In this document: positions 10,370 through 20,800 of the stretch, in pieces
Numbering within the stretch: the first letter of the stretch is position 1
Layout: every line of letters starts with the position of its first letter
DNA from: an uncultured archaeon
GTDB taxonomy: Archaea; Aenigmatarchaeota; Aenigmatarchaeia; QMZP01; JACQNV01
NCBI GenBank assembly: GCA_964410585.1
Contig: CAYPFW010000001.1
Location: 192,001-256,000, forward strand
Length of the DNA: 64,000 nucleotides
Direction: 5' to 3'
Position numbers and translations under genes: made by a program
Notes under the pieces: model-generated
The model's database searches: none
Told to the model about the DNA's origin: nothing
What the model saw: the letters and a program-made list of their open reading frames with translations, nothing else

Positions 10370-11308
10370 TTATTGTCCAACAGCCAATCTATCTACTAGT
10401 CTTTGTTTAAAAATTTCCCTGCCAAGTCTCTCATTTTCCTTTCTCATTTTTTCTTGTGTATCTGAAACAGAATATTCAACGCTCCTATATTCGACATATA
10501 CTGTACCATCATCATGTATAAAGAAGATACCATAACAAGCTCTTGGCGAACCATGCCTTGGCTGACCAACTGAACCGAAATTAATGATTCTTTGAGTAAC
10601 AAAGCCGTTTGTGTTTGTGGGTGGATTAATTTGAATAGATTTTTTCCCAAAGGCATTATAATCAAGCTCATCTAACCAAGTAAGCTTCAGATCATTTACT
10701 TGAATAGGCTCCCCCCCTATATACTCAATTTCTCCCTTTGCTGAAAGCGGCAGATGAGAATGACCAACAAACCCTATTGGTACTTGAACTATTTGTCCTT
10801 CAACTTGTGTTCTCATAGACATAAGGGCATCTTTGAGATCATTTTCATCTAAAATATAAATGTCCTCAAAACCCGAATCTGCTACAAATCCTTTTCTTTT
10901 GTAACTTATCCAATCCTCTGCTGGACAAAAGCTGCCATGAACAAGGCCAAACCTTCCCTTTGGATCAAAAACAGGGGAAGGTCTTAAACCTTCTAAATAT
11001 GATCTATTTTCTGGACTTCTTTTTAGAACACTTCTATTATGCATTGCTGCTAAGCGTGCAACTGGTTTAAATCCTTCATAATCGCCTGCCAAAACAGCTC
11101 TGTCATGGTTACCTAAAACAGTTTCAAACCCTTCTGATCTTATGATCTCTACACATTCTTTTGGAAATGGACCATACCCTACAACATCGCCTAAACAAAA
11201 CTTCCTATCATAAACAACACCTTTCGGATCGTTTCTAGCGTGGTCTAGGACAGCTCTTAAAGCAGGTAAATTAGAATGCACATCACTGATAACCAAATAT
11301 CGTTCCAT
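10370..11308 (-). CDS. Calcineurin-like metallophosphoesterase
   Basis: DVHSN, GDVVGYGP, GNHD, VHGS, GHSH, NFGSVGQPR motifs. Confidence 0.92.
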   Translation of the reverse strand: MERYLVISDVHSNLPALRAVLDHARNDPKGVVYDRKFCLGDVVGYGPFPKECVEIIRSEGFETVLGNHDRAVLAGDYEGFKPVARLAAMHNRSVLKRSPENRSYLEGLRPSPVFDPKGRFGLVHGSFCPAEDWISYKRKGFVADSGFEDIYILDENDLKDALMSMRTQVEGQIVQVPIGFVGHSHLPLSAKGEIEYIGGEPIQVNDLKLTWLDELDYNAFGKKSIQINPPTNTNGFVTQRIINFGSVGQPRHGSPRACYGIFFIHDDGTVYVEYRSVEYSVSDTQEKMRKENERLGREIFKQRLVDRLAVGQ

Positions 11309-11348
11309 TCGTAGAATTAGTAGAAAGTTTTAAAAGGGGATCAAACTA

Positions 11349-11648
11349 TTAAAAAAATTTCAATCCTTCAGCAGCTGTGTCTTCTGATCTAGAATAAGTT
11401 GGCGCTTGTTGAGGTTGCTGAGAATAGCCTGAAGATGAGTTTAGTCCGGCATTAACACCTGAAATATCTCGTTTTTTGTCCTCAAGATTTTCGTGCACTA
11501 ATCTAGAGAATTTTTCAACACAAGCCCTGCAAACATAAAAAACTTTTATCACAGCTTTCAAAGGGCGAGTTTCTTCTAAAATTTTCACAAGTTCTTCTTC
11601 AGAAATATAAGTGCCTCCACCACATTTAGGACAGAATATAACAATCAC
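11349..11648 (-). CDS. Small zinc-ribbon protein
   Basis: CPKC...CRAC; low-complexity tail. Confidence 0.65.
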   Translation of the reverse strand: MIVIFCPKCGGGTYISEEELVKILEETRPLKAVIKVFYVCRACVEKFSRLVHENLEDKKRDISGVNAGLNSSSGYSQQPQQAPTYSRSEDTAAEGLKFF

Positions 11649-11709
11649 CTATATAATATATTGTCCTTCACCTTTTATAACCTTAAAAAACTTGCTTCTA
11701 AATCTGTTT

Positions 11710-13089
11710 ATGAGTCCAATAAATTCCTTGAGCCCTCTGGACGGAAGATATTCTAAACAGACATTGGATCTAGCCACTGTTTTTAGTGAAAGAGGCCTGA
11801 TAACATACAGAACAAGAGTTGAAGGTGAATATTTAATTGCTCTCTCAGAACGTGGAATAGCGAGGGGATTCACACCCGAGGAAAGGGGTTTGATCCGCTC
11901 TCTTTCTGATATACATACACAAGATACAGAAACTGTGAAACAAATAGAGGTAGCAGGATACGAAGACATACCGCCAACAAACCACGATGTCAAAGCAGTT
12001 GAATATTACCTAAGAAAAAAACTAGCAGACACGAGTCTGTCTGATTGTTTGCATTGGATTCATTTTGCCCTGACATCTGAAGATGTTAACAGTTTTGCTT
12101 ATGGATTGATGATTTCAGATGGTTTGGAAAAAATCCTACTTCCTTCTTTGGAAACTTTGTATACAACAATAGAAGCTTTAGCAGATAGATACAAAGGTTT
12201 ACCAATGCTTGCGAGGACGCATGGCCAACCAGCATCTCCAACAACTGTTGGAAAGGAATTCAAAGTATTTTCTTCAAGGATTGAAAGGCAATTGGACCAA
12301 CTCAGAAAATACGAAGCTCCAGTAAAGTTGAATGGGGCAACTGGAAACTATAGTGCTCATGTAGCTGCTTTCCCAGATGTGGACTGGATCCAATTCACTC
12401 AAGATTTTGCAGAAAGATTTGGTGAAAGAAAAATAAAACTCATCCCGACTTTGGTGACAACTCAAATAGAACCACACGACAGGTACGCAGAATTGTTTGA
12501 CAATCTAAGAAGAATAAATACAATCTTGATAGACTTTGCCCAAGACATGTGGAGATACATCAGCGATGATTGGATTGTACAAAAACCAAAAGAAGGTGAG
12601 GTCGGCTCATCAACAATGCCACACAAAGTCAACCCAATTGATTTTGAAAATGCAGAAGGAAATTTTGGTTTAGCAAATGCTATGTTTGATTTCTTTTCTA
12701 GAAAGCTTCCTGTTTCCAGACTTCAAAGAGATCTTTCAGATTCAACTGTTTTGAGGAATATTGGATCTGCTTTTGGACACGCTCTAATCGGTTACAATTC
12801 CTTGCAAAGGGGCTTGGGGAAAATCCAAGTGAATGAAGGAAAAATCTTGGAGGATTTAGATCAGCACCCCGAAGTTATTTTAGAAGCTGTTCAAACCATT
12901 TTGAGACGAGAGGGAAAACCAGATGCCTACGAACAACTCAAAGGATTTAGCAGAGGAAAAAAATTAACAACAGAAGATATCCAAAGGTTTATAGAGAGTC
13001 TCGATGTTCCAGAACCTGTAAAAGAAGAAATGAGAAAAATAAATACAAGAAATTATATCGGACTGACTGAGAGATTAGTTGATTCTTAA
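11710..13089 (+). CDS. purB: Adenylosuccinate lyase (E. coli-type PurB)
   Basis: SPLDGRY, TNHDVKAVEY, ARTHGQPA, GSSTMPHKVNPIDFEN, SRLQRDLSDST; start probably ATG 11710. Confidence 0.96.
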   Translation: MSPINSLSPLDGRYSKQTLDLATVFSERGLITYRTRVEGEYLIALSERGIARGFTPEERGLIRSLSDIHTQDTETVKQIEVAGYEDIPPTNHDVKAVEYYLRKKLADTSLSDCLHWIHFALTSEDVNSFAYGLMISDGLEKILLPSLETLYTTIEALADRYKGLPMLARTHGQPASPTTVGKEFKVFSSRIERQLDQLRKYEAPVKLNGATGNYSAHVAAFPDVDWIQFTQDFAERFGERKIKLIPTLVTTQIEPHDRYAELFDNLRRINTILIDFAQDMWRYISDDWIVQKPKEGEVGSSTMPHKVNPIDFENAEGNFGLANAMFDFFSRKLPVSRLQRDLSDSTVLRNIGSAFGHALIGYNSLQRGLGKIQVNEGKILEDLDQHPEVILEAVQTILRREGKPDAYEQLKGFSRGKKLTTEDIQRFIESLDVPEPVKEEMRKINTRNYIGLTERLVDS

Positions 13090-14360
13090 ATCTGAATAGC
13101 AAAGGTTTGTTCTGCTTTTGGTCCAACAGAAATTAGAGATATTGGTTCATCTGCCCTAAATTGAATCTGTCTTACATAGTGTTGAGCCTGAATTGGAAGA
13201 TCCTCAAACCTTCTGACACCGCTTATATCTTGTGACCAACCTTCAAATGTTTCATAAATAGGTACAACTCTTTTCCAATCGCCTCTTTTCATTGGTATAG
13301 ACACTAAATTGCCAGTAGGATCTTTGTAGTCAACGCAAACTTTAATTTCTTTTAATCCACTGAGCACATCTAATTTTGTCAATGCAATAGAACTAAAACC
13401 ATTTGCCTGATTGACTCTAACAGCATAATTTAGCAGGTTTGCATCGAGCCAACCACATCTTCTGGGTCTTCCTGTTGTTGCCCCATACTCTCCGCCTCTT
13501 TCTCTCAAAAAGTCTCCTGTTTCACCACCCAATTCAGTTGGGAAGGGTCCTTCACCTACTCTTGTTGTGTATGCCTTTGCAATTCCAATTCTAAAATCAG
13601 TAGATAGTGGTGGTCTTGAAGGATGAGATGCAGTTGTCCAAGGATATGATCCCCATTCAACATCCAACATAACTGCTTGAGCACCTTCAAGTATCCATGG
13701 TTCAGAAGTAGAACCAATTAACATAGGACAACTATCAACAAGGAAGGGCCGTAAAGCGTGTCTGGCCTCTCTATAATCATCCAAATAAGCAGCTATATCA
13801 AATTTTCTTCCTGTTTCTTCTTGATTGTTTCTTAAAGCTTCTGCAAATGCATCTTCGTCTAAAAATTCAGCAAAAGTAACTCCTGTTCTAAGTGCTCTGT
13901 CAGCATATGTTGGACCTATCCCATTTCCTGTTGTTCCTAATCTGTTTTCTCCAAACCTTCCACCTTTCCATCCATCCTCTGTTCTGTGAAATAGCAAAGT
14001 TACGCTAGCTCTTCCATCTATTCCAAAATTGTCTGGGGTAACCGGATAACCATTTTTTTCAAAGTCTCTTATTTCATCAACCAAACGTTTTGGTTCTAAA
14101 ACAACTCCAGGAAGACTGAGATTGTAAACCCCCTGCCTAGTTATACCCGAAGGTATTTGATGAGAGATAATTTTTATTCCTGCTGGTGTCACAATTGTGT
14201 GCCCTGCATTTGCCCCGCCTTGATATCTTGCAACAACTTTTGGATTTCTAAAATCAGTTTCGCTAAGAGGATCTCTATATCCAGAATTAAATATATAATC
14301 AATTACCTTTGCCTTCCCTTCGTCTCCCCACTGTAGACCACAAACCCCCAATACAGCCAT
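13086..14360 (-). CDS. purA: Adenylosuccinate synthetase
   Basis: GLQWGDEGK, GGANAGHT, EGAQ, TRVGEGPFPTE, GATTGRPRRCGWLD, TKLDVL; start probably 14360. Confidence 0.96.
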   Translation of the reverse strand: MAVLGVCGLQWGDEGKAKVIDYIFNSGYRDPLSETDFRNPKVVARYQGGANAGHTIVTPAGIKIISHQIPSGITRQGVYNLSLPGVVLEPKRLVDEIRDFEKNGYPVTPDNFGIDGRASVTLLFHRTEDGWKGGRFGENRLGTTGNGIGPTYADRALRTGVTFAEFLDEDAFAEALRNNQEETGRKFDIAAYLDDYREARHALRPFLVDSCPMLIGSTSEPWILEGAQAVMLDVEWGSYPWTTASHPSRPPLSTDFRIGIAKAYTTRVGEGPFPTELGGETGDFLRERGGEYGATTGRPRRCGWLDANLLNYAVRVNQANGFSSIALTKLDVLSGLKEIKVCVDYKDPTGNLVSIPMKRGDWKRVVPIYETFEGWSQDISGVRRFEDLPIQAQHYVRQIQFRADEPISLISVGPKAEQTFAIQI

Positions 14361-14440
14361 CTCTAAAATATACATCTAAATAATTTAAGCCTTTCTGTGA
14401 ATTTTTGAAAACATAAATAGCTTACTATCAAGTCTAAAAC

Positions 14441-14818
14441 ATGACAAAAACCCTACTAATAGTGGATGACCTAAAAGCCAATCATGCACTGATTAAACAA
14501 AATTTGTATGGTAGATCATATAGGATTTTAAGTGCATATGATGGTGAAGAAGGTCTTAGAGAAATAGAAAAAGAACAACCAGATCTTGTTCTTTTAGATA
14601 TGAGAATGCCCAAGGTGGATGGAAGAGATGTGCTTAGAACACTTGGTACAGCATATCAAAAACCTGTTATTGTTTTCACAGGAGAACCTCTTACAATAGA
14701 AGACTTTGAAGAATATCCATATGTAGTAGCTGTTTTCGATAAAAATGCGTCTGGAGAAAAAATAGCAACAGCGATAAATGGGCTAATTGGAGATGTTGAA
14801 CCAACTGGAGAGATGTGA
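14441..14818 (+). CDS. Single-domain response regulator (receiver)
   Basis: LIVDD, 'PDLVLLDMRMPKVDG', VFT, K motifs. Confidence 0.9.
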   Translation: MTKTLLIVDDLKANHALIKQNLYGRSYRILSAYDGEEGLREIEKEQPDLVLLDMRMPKVDGRDVLRTLGTAYQKPVIVFTGEPLTIEDFEEYPYVVAVFDKNASGEKIATAINGLIGDVEPTGEM

Positions 14819-17800
14819 TTAGAAAGGAAAACAATCTCCTCTTACAACTAATTTTTGTGGGCAATCTGGAATTCTTAAATTCCTTAGACCTCTATCCAAA
14901 TCATAGAAATAGTCAGAAACAAATTTTGTATATCTAATTACGTCATTATCGGTTTCCATTGATGTTTTATATATTTTTTTGTGATCCCAAGCATCCCATT
15001 TGTCTATATTTTTTGTTGTTATTTGAACTTCTACAGTTTCTCCCTGAAATTCCATAATATATTTTTTTGCTCTGAATCCCTTTGCTCCACCAGTTTGGAG
15101 AGTGTTTTTCGCAATAGAGTTTTCGCTATATGGGATTATTATATTTCTATATCTGTTCTCAAATTCTTTTGAAATAGATTCAAGTTCATTCAAGTTTTCT
15201 GCAACTATTCTTTTTCTTACCCAGTCACGTATTCCTGATTTTATTTCAATCTCTGTTATCCCACTTATTAATTTTTGTTCTGTTAATACCCTATCTTTTT
15301 CGAGCTTCATGAAAGCGGAAACAGATGTTTTTGGGCTACCCTTTACTTTTCCTGGCCATATAATATTCAATTCTTGGTGGAGTTTAGTACTAACTCTTGA
15401 CAAGGGAATCTTTACTCTTCGTATTTTTTCCAAAACGTCTTCAACCTTTGTCAGAGCAACTTTGTTCCCACTTGAAACAAGTTTTGATACTAATGGCGTT
15501 TTAATTGAAAATCTTTTTGTTAAAAGAAGTATTGTTGGGCTTTTTGGGGTCTGCTTTAATTCCAACCTTATTAATTTTATCAAAGCTGTTTTTGTGGAAG
15601 TTGTTGTAAACCTAACAACTTTACTCCCACCCATTACTGGAGCTATTCCAGACATTGTTATAGCTGTATCAATTTCATCATACGCCTCTAGCCAACTCAC
15701 AACTTCGTCCTCAGATACATCTGTGCCAATAGAATCTTGAGCCACATTCAACATGTCTTTGATGAAAGAGTATGTAGAAGATGCAAATTTGGCAGCCTTT
15801 TCTTTTAATGTTGGTGCATCTTCCGGTTGTGAAATGTAATAAATATTTTGAGAGAGGGCATTTACTTCAATAAAAGGTTTTACTCCATATTTTCCATTTT
15901 CAAAATATTCTATTCTACTCCCATCTGCAAATGTTATTATACCATCTCCTGCTTTTCCGTTCTGTTCCACTGTTTTTGGCAGACCTAAAAATGGTTCAAA
16001 CAGGTCATATAGGATAAAAAGTTCACCTGCAATTGATACAGGTGATTTTCCATCTTTCAAATAAATAATTTTGGCCACTCTTCCAGTGTATATGTTCTGA
16101 AATTCAACGTATGTATGGGTTCCAGCATCTATTTCATTGCTTATTGGTACATAATATCTCCATCTCTCTGCATCATTCTCCTCTGGAGAATTTGTTCCAA
16201 CAATGCCACTTACAGGAACATCGTTTTGAGCTTTTTTAATAAATTCGTACCAAATTCCAGATCCAAACCTTACTCTCTGTCCTTTTTCAAAAGACGTAAT
16301 TGCACTAAACCATTTAGTTCCATCTGACCTTATTTTTTCCTCAGTAAAAACAAATCTAAATCGATCTCGTAGATATGAGAGGCTTTTTATATCTGACGAT
16401 TTTGTACATAAGGGTTCTTCTCCAGTCCCCCTAAAATCATTACATGAATCGGCAGCTTGTCCTCTGGTCATTGGCGAAAACTCTTCAAAAGTAAGTTCGT
16501 TTAGATCTGAAATATCAGAATATATGCTTTCATCTTCTTCAGAAGACCATCCCAAAACACTTGTCGGTGGATCATAAACAGGTGATTGCGCTGACATAGT
16601 AATTGGTGATGATGAACCAGATCCTGAATTTGTATTCGCACATCCCTTTACATATTCAAAAAGTCTTCCGGAAACAGCGTTCCACCTTTTGTCCATGAAT
16701 TCTTTTTGGAAAGATTGTGGATCAATATAAGTAGACCACATTGCTGTGCTAGCTGCATCTTGCCAAAACATCTTGAGCGCTATCTCGCCTTCGGCGTCTT
16801 TGTATTTTCCGCTTCCCCAAGGACCATACTTTATTTCATTTGCCCACTTGAAAAATTCAAAATCAGTCAGTAAAGAATTCCATGTACATGTAGCTGAAAT
16901 TGAAACTGATCCACTTCCAGAACTCGATTGTTGAACTGGAACGATGCTTGTTATTTTATTGTTGTCCAAATACATGTTTCCATCTGAATACAAAATAGAA
17001 TCACCATTATCTGCAGATCGGATAGATAATCGATAGTTATCAAACTTTCTTACAATTCTAGATTCTGCATCTTCAACCCAAAACCATTGTTTTGATCCAT
17101 CGTTTCCGTTGAAAACAAGGTTAACAGGATAATCTCCGCTTTGAAGTTTCTGTGCTCGTATATCGAAAACAATTTTGTCTCCTTCCACCTTTCCAGGAAT
17201 TTCTAATTGAGACCATACATTTGAATATCCAATTTTCAAAACAAATTGTCCTGGAATATTTTCAAAAATCCTTTCTTGGCTTATTCCATTTGCTATTTTG
17301 CTCACTTTGTTATCTGTCCACTCTTTAACAAGTAGTTTCCCGTCATCTATTTGTACATGATAGAAATTCAAAACATCTGTTCTTATTGGATCTGGGTTAG
17401 CTGTCGAAGGTTTTGTTTGAACCCATCCCCAATTAACTGGAACATCTGTCCCAGGACCATTAAATGGTTTAAGCTCATTGCCCTGTTTTAGTATAACAAG
17501 GTGAGTTCCTATGTATCCCTCTGAATTTTTTACATTTGTTTTTACAAATGGAAGCATTGGAGACTGCCACAACCACTCGCTTTTGTCTGTAAATATGTCT
17601 CCTACATACAAACCATCTGGGAAGCCATTGAAATCAATAGTTAATGTTGATCCTTCTTTTCTTACAGGAACCCACTTCTGCCATTTGTCAAACTCACCAT
17701 CAAAATAGAATGCCCTATCTGTTGTACCTAAAGGGTATTTTGTATATTTTCCAACATTATCCCAAGCGTTTATTTTGTCAACATATGAAACTGTGAAAAT

Positions 17801-20800
17801 TAAACCACCATTATAGTTTGTGTTTTTCGGACTAATTGCAATATCCTCCTGTGGGACAAAAGTTGGTGGATTTATGTATGGTACATCAAAGACAAAAGTT
17901 GTTCTAGGGACTTTATCTCCAGTAAATTGAACAAGTTGTCCATTCTTTTTCTCAACAACTATCCAATAGCTTCTTTTCCCGTTTCCTTCGTCTTCATTTC
18001 TCACAAATTTCTGATTTTGGTTCCAAATCCCAACCCACTCATCGTTTGGTGTATCAATTGCAAAGGCGTAGACTCCATCTGGTTTTGAGGACAGATCCAA
18101 AACAAGTTTTGTCCCAATCAAAGGAAGCTTTATACTCCTCATCCATGCATCAAATGGACCAGCTGCTCTAAACTCTTTTCCTACTAAACTATCCGGAACA
18201 AATTTCTGATCATTTTTGTAGAGTGCATTTTTGTAAATTTCTATTTCCATTTTCAGACCATTTATTTTTATTCTGTTGTCATCAATATGATCATTTAGTA
18301 AAAGCTTGTTTTTGTCAACTTGTTTATCTGTCTGCTTTATTCCTGTTTCTGTTTTTTCAAAAACAAGATAGATTGAACCGTCTGGCTCTAGTCTTATGTT
18401 TTTTGGGTCATTGTTGCTCAAACCTAGCCAGTAAGAATTGGAATCAGGCGAAGCCTGATTCTGGGTACCTCCATCGTCTGAAACGAACCCACCACCAAAC
18501 ACAAATCCAATTGGATATTTTTCATCTGACAAATCAACAAAAATGTTTCCAGAGGAATCAACAGAAGCTGGGATCATCTTTTTCCAGCCATCAAAATATC
18601 CTGTGAAATAAATATTTTTTCCAATTGGATTGTAAGTTGTCTCTTGTCCATTTTTGTACCAAATTCTTTTATCAGAATATTTCACAGTTAGCTTGTTTCC
18701 CTGGACCAATAAATCAGCACCGTCAACCCAATCTTTCAAAACATTCCCAGTTACTAAAGTAGGATTTTCAGAGGCAGGATATGGTTTTTTGTTTTGGATG
18801 TTTACAATTATTTTATTTGAGCCTGCTGCTGCTTTTATCAGGCCACCGCTTTCTTGAGATATCCATAACCACTGTCCTTTGCAAACAGGTGAACCATCTT
18901 CTGAATATTTTATATCAAAGACGTAATTTCCGTCTGGAAGATTAAAACTGGATATATCAAAAACAACTTGGTCGCCACTAATTGTTCCTATAATTGCCTG
19001 GTCATTTGACCAACCTTCAAAAGTACCAACCAATCTAAATTTCCCACTTCTTTGCTCAAAAACTGTCCCTGATTTTTCAGAATAACTCCCCGATTTTGTA
19101 TAGCAATCCTCGTTTGAATTTGAATTTATATCAGAAACAGTGAGTTTGCTGAACCCATCGATGACTAACTTTTCGTTTTGTATGAAAACATTCATTTGGT
19201 TCAAGTATGGTTGATCTAAAAGCTTTAAAGAAAGGGGCGCTGTATATGTTTTTCCAGCAAAAACAACCGAACCTGATTTTAGTATATTGTCTTCTACAAG
19301 CGCGTTTCTAATTTCCATGTTTTTAATTGATGATCTTGTTATCGTAGAATCAAAAACTTTTGAATCAATTATATCAGAACCAGTTACTGTAGACCTTTCA
19401 ACAACAGATGGGTCGACAAAAGAGTCAATGACTTGGGAATTTGAAATTGTTGATTGAAGAATGTCCGAATTTTTTACAGTTGAATGTTGGATTACAGAAT
19501 TTTCAGATGTTGATAATTCTAAATTTGCCTGTGTTAATGTTGATGTCCTGACACTAGAAACAATAACAGAAGAATCTAAAGATATTTGAGAATCCTTTGA
19601 TATTAGAGAGCCTTCTGTGTTTGATTTTGGATTTATCAATTCAATTGGTCCAACAACAACATCAACCCAATCATGTTCAGCAAAATACCAGTCTGATATT
19701 CCTCCTTCAGCCATAGGAGAAGGATCTGCTGTTGAACTTTTATAAAAATCAAGCCCCCATTGCCAGGATGCATCTCCAGTTGCTTTCACCTTCGCTCTCA
19801 TTTCTATTGTTTTAGATCCGGGAGGAATTACATCACGTGGGAATTTTGTTCCCCATGGATGCAAAACTTCATTTGGATATTTATATACAGGAGCAACAAG
19901 ATTCCCGTTTTCAACATAAAAAATATCCTGACCTCTAAGTTTTGTGCCAAACCAAGGATTTATTGTCCAAGAACCACCAAATGGTGTTGTTCCAGAATCA
20001 AATTTGTCCTCGGCAATTATCGTTTCTATTCCAAGCTCATCTTTCACAACAAGCTGCATATAATCGATAAGAACTTCGCCTGTTTTTCCGCCTGGAATTA
20101 GCACAGCATTTCCCATTGGTATAGCTGATGTTTGATCTGTGATTTCCAGTGATTTTAGATAATAACCTTTTTTCCTGATTGATGAAGGATGAAGCCGTGT
20201 TTCATCTGATGGCTTTCCTATTGTACCAGAACAAAAATCAGAATTTGTCCATGTCCTTGAATACTCACATTGATTATTACATGAAACTGTCCACTTTGTC
20301 GATTGCCAATTTGTTTGATCACATGTTTTTGTGTACACACAATCAACGTCTTTTATTTTTGTTTGATCTCCTAAACAGTTTCCTATTTTTGTATAAGTTT
20401 CTGTTTTCTTGTTATTTGATTGACAAGTTCCTAAAGAAGATAAAATATAATCAGAATCTGTACAAGTAGGGAGCTGTTGGTTTTGTATGCAAACACCATT
20501 TGAACATCCATTTGGACAAACATATCCGCCAATAGCCAATGATCCATCCGGACTGCAATAGCCTTCCTGTACTTGGTTTTGATCTACACAAACATCTTCA
20601 TGTGTTCTAAAAGCTTTTTGAGTATCACCTGAATATGGGCCACTGGATACTGATTTTATAAAATAGTTCAGACCATCAGAATCTTCGCATTTTGGTGGAG
20701 TATAAATACACTGTTCTTTCAGCAAGAGCAAACTCTCATCCACTCTACAATTCACATCTGGATTTTTTGTATATGTTCTTGTTTTGAAATTATCTGATTG

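Noticed and set aside
14441-14818. Complete two-component system
   Set aside because: Only a receiver domain; no histidine kinase in the window
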